The position numbers were made by a program, and so were the translations under genes. Of a stretch of 54,562 nt of DNA, positions 27,014 to 32,961 are shown in pieces (the first letter of the stretch is position 1; every line of letters starts with the position of its first letter). This DNA comes from Candidatus Omnitrophota bacterium (GTDB taxonomy: Bacteria > Omnitrophota > Gorgyraeia > Gygaellales > Profunditerraquicolaceae). The stretch spans positions 1 through 54,562 of the forward strand of contig JAHFFR010000004.1 of NCBI GenBank assembly GCA_023247825.1. Direction: 5' to 3'. Below the pieces are notes generated by a model. The model saw only the letters and a list, made by a program, of their open reading frames with translations, was not told where the DNA came from and made no database searches.

Positions 27014-28564
27014 TTATTCCAGCTTATTTTCATCTATATTATCACTCCCCTGATTTTTCCTTTCGCCTCTTAAGACGGAAAGGTAAATACTGGAGTCGGT
27101 TTTTTTCGTGATCGCCGGGGTTACCACTGCGTAGGAATACCCCTTATCTCTAAACATCTGGGTCATGCCGGGAGTATGAAACCCGCCGGCAATAAACACC
27201 GCTAATTTTTCACCGGAATCATTCATTTTATTGACGATATTCTTAATAAATGCCTGCTCCCGGTCCGAGCCCAATTTATAAAACTCATCGAATTTACTCA
27301 AGTTCTCATCGATTACGCCGGAGGCGGATGGCTGCACCGCTAAACTGTATTTGGCGCAATTCTCCTTTAAAAAATCAAGCCAGGAAGCGGTTAAAAATTC
27401 CTGGCGATGTGCTTTAAAATATTCAAAATCCTCGGGGGTCATCTCTAAACTCACCAGCCCTTTGAGGATGTTAATTGATTTTGAGAGTTCATATAATTTC
27501 TTCTGGTCGGTATTGGCAAAAAGCGCCTCTTTTATTTTTTCTTCCAGCGAGCCAACTTCTTTTAAAAGCGCTGCCACATCTATCTTTGTATTTTCATTTA
27601 TGTAGCGGATATAAGCGGCCAGCTGAGGATAATTTTGCTCAAGGTTTATTCTTTTCTTCGCCGCCAGTTCCTTCAAAAATGAATAATATTCCTGGGGCTT
27701 AATACCGCCTGACTTAAATTCCTGGCTCTTATCAATTACCGTCTTTACCTGTTTTTCATTAAGCACGCTGCCCAAACTCTTGATGAATTCATTTCTTTGC
27801 GCTTCCGCCTGTTTAAAATCAACCGCTTTTTCCAGCCGGGCTAATTCAGCAAAAGCGCTTAAATATGGATAATCCTTAAGGTCAAAACCTTTGCTGGAAG
27901 CAATATTCTTAAGATACCCGCAGTAATCGCCTAAAGAGAGCGTTTTACCTTCGTAATTCTTCTTTGCGCTTTCCATATATCCCAATTCTTCACTATATAT
28001 CTTCGGCTTCAAAACGCTGACAATTTTGGATAAATCATCCAGATATTTTAATCCCTCGTCCCGGACAGAATCCACCTTATGAAAGGCCTCTAAATGCGCG
28101 TTATACAGCGCTTCATCCTCTATGCCATACAGGTCAAGAGGATAATCGGAAATGATATCCAGATACTCTTCGCCTGAAATTTTGCCTAATTTTAAGTATT
28201 TGTCGGCAACTTCCTGCCTGGCCTTTTTATCCGCGTAGTTGCGCAGAAAGTCAAGGTTAACATTACCGCTGCCGCCCTCAACCATAATCAATTTAAGGCC
28301 GTAGTCCTTGACCAAAAAATCCAATAACTGCGCCATATTCTTCTGGGCTTCGTAATTGCAATGGGCATCCTGGAGATGAATAATGGTTTTGGCGCTATTT
28401 TGCATGGCGCTCTGTGCTTCGAATGTATCCTTAATATTGCCAAACTGGGTGGGAATTTGCAGGGTTTTGACTAAAGAGGCGAAAGCAGAAGAATCCAAAG
28501 TGGAAAGTAAAAGGAATACAACAATGAGTAAGGGAATTTTTTTCAGGTAATGAGGTTTTTTCAT
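27014..28564 (-). CDS. Exported TIKI/TraB/ChaN(EreA)-like fold protein, standalone
   Basis: Signal MKKPHYLKKIPLLIVVFLLLSTLDSSAFA; motifs IIHLQDAH..YEAQ, MVEGG, DRE..F..NI, FIAGGFH..G. Start placed at ATG 28564; the track's extension to 28621 lies inside the structured leader. Confidence 0.65.
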   Translation of the reverse strand: MKKPHYLKKIPLLIVVFLLLSTLDSSAFASLVKTLQIPTQFGNIKDTFEAQSAMQNSAKTIIHLQDAHCNYEAQKNMAQLLDFLVKDYGLKLIMVEGGSGNVNLDFLRNYADKKARQEVADKYLKLGKISGEEYLDIISDYPLDLYGIEDEALYNAHLEAFHKVDSVRDEGLKYLDDLSKIVSVLKPKIYSEELGYMESAKKNYEGKTLSLGDYCGYLKNIASSKGFDLKDYPYLSAFAELARLEKAVDFKQAEAQRNEFIKSLGSVLNEKQVKTVIDKSQEFKSGGIKPQEYYSFLKELAAKKRINLEQNYPQLAAYIRYINENTKIDVAALLKEVGSLEEKIKEALFANTDQKKLYELSKSINILKGLVSLEMTPEDFEYFKAHRQEFLTASWLDFLKENCAKYSLAVQPSASGVIDENLSKFDEFYKLGSDREQAFIKNIVNKMNDSGEKLAVFIAGGFHTPGMTQMFRDKGYSYAVVTPAITKKTDSSIYLSVLRGERKNQGSDNIDENKLE

Positions 28565-28760
28565 AGTAATAAAAAAAGCCACGATTTTTTTAATTATACT
28601 AGCTGAACTCCCATAATACATTCAGCTAGCGTAATTAAAAACCGTGGCCGATTTTAATTATACTATCTAGTTACCTAATCTTTTAAACTTTTGAAAAGTC
28701 CTTAGAAAGCGCTTTCCTTTAATTCTTCTACAAGTATACTGTATTATAGAGCTTTGTCAA
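28565..28760 (-). promoter_or_regulatory. Leader copy 1: sigma70 promoter + palindromic operator + alternative-hairpin attenuator
   Basis: TTGACA (28760-28755)-16 nt-TATACT (28738-28733); GAAAGCGCTTTC (28705-28716); hairpin TAATTAAAA-TCGGCCACGGT-TTTTAATTA; long stem GCCACGGTTTTTAATTA...TAATTAAAAAAATCGTGGC followed by a T-run. Confidence 0.75.
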
Positions 28761-28800
28761 GATTTTTTTCACTTTTTTAAAGCAAAAAAGCGAGTTTACG

Positions 28801-31800
28801 TTATATAAACTTATTTATAAAATTAGCCACTAAATCAGCGTCGGCTTTGGTTGCCTCGGATACCCCCTGAACAGGCTCTATATCCGGCAAATCAAGTCCC
28901 AAAAACACCTGACTATAAGTATTTTTATAGGTCTCTTTAGAAATAATCCCCTGGCGCTCCATATTTCCATAAAATTCTTTGAACCTATCTAAAATAATTC
29001 CGCTGTAAGATCTCCCTTCTGAATTTGCGCCTGCAAGAACTTGCATCGCCTTGGCAAGCGCAACAATACTGATCGTCTTATCTGAAAATCCCACTTGTTT
29101 AACTTTTAAATCTATCTTTTCTCCTGCCGGCTTCAGTATCACAACATTCTCTTGAAGATTAACCTGCCGATTTTCTAATTCTGACTTTAATTCGCCTGCT
29201 GTTTTTACTGCAATAATGTTGCTGTTTTCGCTAAACAAAGCCCTTATCTTATCCGCGCCTTCTCCATAAATATCAAGCATAATACGTACGCCATGGCGTG
29301 GCTGCAATCTAATAATCGCGTTCAATGCGTCTATGGCGCCGGGCTTCTTAAAAAAGCTTGAATGAACAACTAAAGCTAATTTTAAATCTTCAAGGCGGAA
29401 TGTTTTAGAATACAAAACTTCAAACTGCCCCCATATATCGTCAAGATATCCGGGCAATAGTGCCTCTGCGCCTACGGCTTTAAAGAATCTGCTGTTAGCA
29501 TTTAAGAAATTTTTTAACTTTTCTGCATTGCCATCATCAAAGCCTATTTTAACAGGTATGCCTTCCCCATTAACCCATAGCCTGTAAGCTGGTTTAAAAC
29601 GCTCCTGCCAGAGTTTTCCTGCTTTTTCACGGGAAGAAACTGCTTCTTTTAACAATTTTCCTGCTTCGGTTCCTTCCTTTTGAGCAGCTAATTTCTCTTT
29701 TTTGTCTGCATCTTGGTCGCGGTTAACTGCGTCCCTATCCATAGCAAAATTCCTGCCCACAACTCCGGCAAGCTGGATGTTACCTGAATTAAGTTCCTTT
29801 ATCTTATCTTCAATCTGTTTTAAATAATGGATCCCGTTTTCATCGGGTATGCGCGTCATCACATCCCGGCCATCAAGTATCGGCCAGATATTGACTTTAA
29901 TATCGCTGCCTAAATTCATTTGTTTTGCCATTTCCATTAATGCCAGAAAATATCTATTATCGGAATGGATGCCGCCGCTGGAATAAAGCCCCATTATGTG
30001 GATATTATGGTTTCCCTGTCTGGCCAATTCAAATACCTGGCGTAAAACCGGATTTTCAAAAAAAGTTTTATCATTAATTTTATCTATAATCTGTTTATAA
30101 AGCGTAGGCGGATTGTAACCTGTCCCGATGACACGGTGTCCATTGTCTGAATCTCCCATTTGATAATCCGGAAGCCCAACCGCATCTCCATGAGCCTTAA
30201 GAGCTGTAAAAGGACAGTTCGTAAGAAGATCCAAGTAAACCGGCGGCTTGGCTAATTCAATACCGTTATATTCATTTGCCTCAGGGTTATTATATTTATT
30301 CACCCCCCAGCCATCGCGGATCACTACAACTACCGGCCCTTGAATATCCTGATATTTATAATCTTCCAATAAACTTTCACTCATTTCTTCAGGCTTAGGA
30401 ATGCCTAATATTTCTAATAAAGTTGCGGCTATATTAGAAAGCCCCTTGCCCTTTTTTAATTTTATATCCTTTCCCAATCCATCAACTATAAAATTAACCG
30501 GATTAGTAGTGTGCTGATCAAAAGGGATTACACCATATTTATCAGATAAAGGCATGCCTTTCTCGTCTAAGGTTACCAACTGCTCAATATTGCCATGGTC
30601 TGATATTTCAATATAAACACCTTTCTGACGCAGAGTTTCCTCGCGAATTCTTCCAGCTTCCTTATCCGCGGCTAAAACCGTCTTCTTGGCCCGCTCCCGG
30701 TCAACCTTGATATTATGCCCCTGGATATCCACAGGCAAATTAACAACGACCATTTTCTTTTTGGGCGTTTCTTTAATTTCATCCAGATAATTAATTACAT
30801 TATCAGTTATCTCTGCATATTTCATTTGCGGAGCTTTCTTATTATCTTCAACGCTTTCGGAAGGAACAATTGATACCTTTATGCCCAAAGCCGCATAATC
30901 CAGGTTTCTCTGTCCGGCAAAGAAATAGGTAACGTGCTGGCCCTTATCCGATTCTGTAAAATAACCTTGAATCACGCCTGCATCTTTCAAAACTTCTATG
31001 ATACTTTTATACTTAGGCAAAGTAAACTCGGAAGTAAATGCGGCTTGAATTCCGTAAGCTTTAAAATGCTTCTCATCGTAAGTAGTAAAAGGTACAAAAG
31101 TGAGCCCTAAATCATCGATACCAAAACGATTACCATGCCGGTTGAAATTCGGATCCGTAAAAGCAATCATTGCTCCTAATGAACGGTCGGTCCGATGATT
31201 CGTCCAGATAACTATATCGCCTTTCTTTATTTTACCTACGGGCTCGCCTTTAGGATCAGTTACTATCAAAGGGGGCACATAATAATCATCCATACTTGCC
31301 CCACTTTTCGTGTAAATTTTTTCCAACTGCTCAAAAATTGTAGGCAGAGGTTCCTTCGCTTTTAATTGAATAAATCCGATAGACCTGCCTTCAGGAGGAT
31401 AAAAAACTCTTTCTCCAGTGACTATATCCTCATCATTAAACTTGAAATCAACAAATTTTTCTTTTAAATCTTCTTGGGAAAAATAATGGACAAGTTTTTC
31501 ATCTCTTACAAAAGTATTTTTTTCTATCTTTTCGCCTTTGCCATAGGTTTTGTCGTTCACTGATTGAGCAATGAAATATATGCGGCCGCCTGGTTTTAAA
31601 ACTCGGTATATTTCCTTAATAGCCCTAGCAATGTCGACATCTTTCATAAAATTTAAGCTTAAGTGACTGTAAACCACATCAAAGGATTCATCTGAAAAAG
31701 CAAAAGTTTTGGTAAGATCTTGAACCTTGGTTGTCAAATTTTTTATATTTTCTTTATTAATTTTACCACTTAATTCACTAATTGCAGATTCAACAAAATC

Positions 31801-32172
31801 TGTAGCAATTACGGTATGCCCGGCTTTTGCAAAAGATTCTTCGTCTAATCCTGCTCCACAACCTAGAGAAAGAATCGTTGATCCCGGTATCATATCTTCG
31901 AGTACTTCTTTAGCAAATTGGTGTATTTCTATCTGTTTAGCTTTTCTGGCATCTTTTAAATCTTTCTTCCAGACTAAATGTTGATCAATTAACTCTTCCG
32001 AAATCTCTTTTACTCTTCCATCTTCTTTTGTTGCCGCCTCTCTCCTTAAATTATCCGAAACGAATATACCGGCATAACTCCTTATCGGAACGCCGGTAAA
32101 AATAAAACTGGTTAAAGCAACGCCGGAAATGAATTTTACGAATTGAGTTTTTTTAGGAAATCGTGTGTACAT
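28801..32172 (-). CDS. gpmI: Signal-peptide-bearing fusion: class I SAM methyltransferase - circularly permuted 2,3-BPG-independent phosphoglycerate mutase - shared C-terminal domain (1,123 aa)
   Basis: Start reassigned to ATG 32172 (SD GAGGAG; leader homologous to the other fusions). MTase SLGCGAG, FDVV, RVLKPGG; iPGM NHRTDR, ESDKGQHVT, DIQGH, SDHGN, HTTNPV, then RDGWG, GDSDNGH, GGIHS, DGRD, GRNFAMDRD. Confidence 0.9.
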   Translation of the reverse strand: MYTRFPKKTQFVKFISGVALTSFIFTGVPIRSYAGIFVSDNLRREAATKEDGRVKEISEELIDQHLVWKKDLKDARKAKQIEIHQFAKEVLEDMIPGSTILSLGCGAGLDEESFAKAGHTVIATDFVESAISELSGKINKENIKNLTTKVQDLTKTFAFSDESFDVVYSHLSLNFMKDVDIARAIKEIYRVLKPGGRIYFIAQSVNDKTYGKGEKIEKNTFVRDEKLVHYFSQEDLKEKFVDFKFNDEDIVTGERVFYPPEGRSIGFIQLKAKEPLPTIFEQLEKIYTKSGASMDDYYVPPLIVTDPKGEPVGKIKKGDIVIWTNHRTDRSLGAMIAFTDPNFNRHGNRFGIDDLGLTFVPFTTYDEKHFKAYGIQAAFTSEFTLPKYKSIIEVLKDAGVIQGYFTESDKGQHVTYFFAGQRNLDYAALGIKVSIVPSESVEDNKKAPQMKYAEITDNVINYLDEIKETPKKKMVVVNLPVDIQGHNIKVDRERAKKTVLAADKEAGRIREETLRQKGVYIEISDHGNIEQLVTLDEKGMPLSDKYGVIPFDQHTTNPVNFIVDGLGKDIKLKKGKGLSNIAATLLEILGIPKPEEMSESLLEDYKYQDIQGPVVVVIRDGWGVNKYNNPEANEYNGIELAKPPVYLDLLTNCPFTALKAHGDAVGLPDYQMGDSDNGHRVIGTGYNPPTLYKQIIDKINDKTFFENPVLRQVFELARQGNHNIHIMGLYSSGGIHSDNRYFLALMEMAKQMNLGSDIKVNIWPILDGRDVMTRIPDENGIHYLKQIEDKIKELNSGNIQLAGVVGRNFAMDRDAVNRDQDADKKEKLAAQKEGTEAGKLLKEAVSSREKAGKLWQERFKPAYRLWVNGEGIPVKIGFDDGNAEKLKNFLNANSRFFKAVGAEALLPGYLDDIWGQFEVLYSKTFRLEDLKLALVVHSSFFKKPGAIDALNAIIRLQPRHGVRIMLDIYGEGADKIRALFSENSNIIAVKTAGELKSELENRQVNLQENVVILKPAGEKIDLKVKQVGFSDKTISIVALAKAMQVLAGANSEGRSYSGIILDRFKEFYGNMERQGIISKETYKNTYSQVFLGLDLPDIEPVQGVSEATKADADLVANFINKFI

Positions 32173-32185
32173 CTTTCTCCTCACA

Positions 32186-32334
32186 AAACAAAAAAACCAC
32201 GAATTTTCTAATTGGGATAACTGAACTCTTCTGCCGAATTCAGTCAACTCAATTAAAAACCGTGGCCGTTTTTAATAGAAACCGCTTTCCTTAAATTTCT
32301 GCTATAAGTATGCTATATAATAAAATTTTGTCAA
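32186..32334 (-). promoter_or_regulatory. Leader copy 2: sigma70 promoter + palindromic operator + alternative-hairpin attenuator
   Basis: TTGACA (32334-32329)-16 nt-CATACT (32312-32307); GAAAGCGGTTTC (32289-32278); hairpin ATTAAAAA-CGGCCACGG-TTTTTAAT; long stem CCACGGTTTTTAATTG...CAATTAGAAAATTCGTGG followed by a T-run. Confidence 0.75.
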
Positions 32335-32421
32335 GTTTTTTTAAGTTTCCCCTTAACAAAATCTTGCTTCCTTCTACATTTTGTCAATTCGATTATCAAT
32401 CTGTAAAATATCACGCCTATT

Positions 32422-32766
32422 CTATGAATTTAAAGGAATGTTCCGCAGCTTATTGCTCGCCCTTAAAAGCCGCGAAATACCCATTAAATCCGGCCGCTCC
32501 AAATGAATACCGGCTTTGTATTTATTGGAGTCCATCGTCTTTGACCAGACAACTTCTCCCTTGGCATATAGAAGATCGCTATTGTCGGGCATCTTAAACC
32601 ACATCTCCAAAGAATTACGCGGCTGCAGCTCCTCGCTGGTGACTACACCTATGCCGTTTGCGCTGACATCAAAGGTTGTTGCCTCTCCCTCCTTGTTTTC
32701 TTCGCGGTTAAGAAACCTCATTGGGAACTCTACCACAAACCTGGTGAACATCCTGCGGTCATCCAT
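32422..32766 (-). CDS. Standalone PilZ-domain protein, paralog of 2735-3043
   Basis: DRRMFTRF (RxxxR), DVSANG (DxSxxG), GEVVW, shared C-terminal LERxDLMGISRLLRA; SD AAAGGAGGGG. Confidence 0.88.
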   Translation of the reverse strand: MDDRRMFTRFVVEFPMRFLNREENKEGEATTFDVSANGIGVVTSEELQPRNSLEMWFKMPDNSDLLYAKGEVVWSKTMDSNKYKAGIHLERPDLMGISRLLRASNKLRNIPLNS

Positions 32767-32844
32767 TGTCCCCCTCCTTTCTCTCTAGCTAATTGCATTT
32801 TGACACAAATTATTTTTTTGTCAATTATTCCGGTGAATAAAATA

Positions 32845-32961
32845 TTAGATACGCATCTCCATCGTTACAATCAAATCACTCAACTCTTCTACTTCTTCCT
32901 GCCTGTCATCATCTTCCTCATCCCCCACCCCGCCGTCGGTTGGAATAGACCTGCTGCCGAA
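32845..32961 (-). pseudogene. In-frame relic module downstream of the giant gene's stop codon
   Basis: After TAA at 32962-32964 the same frame reads FGSRSIPT-DGG-VGDEEDDDRQEEVEELSDLIVTMEMRI*, with DGG encoded GACGGCGGG like the internal junctions. Confidence 0.5.

Noticed and set aside
28565-28621. Track start of the 535-aa ORF at 28621
   Set aside because: The extension lies within the conserved hairpin leader; the signal peptide begins at Met 28564. A regulatory role for this upstream ATG is not excluded.
32173-32247. Track start of the 1,148-aa ORF at 32247
   Set aside because: It overlaps the attenuator; ATG 32172 has a strong SD and matches the homologous leaders of the other fusions.
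28565-32276. Leader as a known riboswitch (c-di-AMP ydaO because of GCUGAA; guanidine-II because of ACGG; c-di-GMP-I)
   Set aside because: Only short words match; the other conserved elements and architectures of those families are absent.
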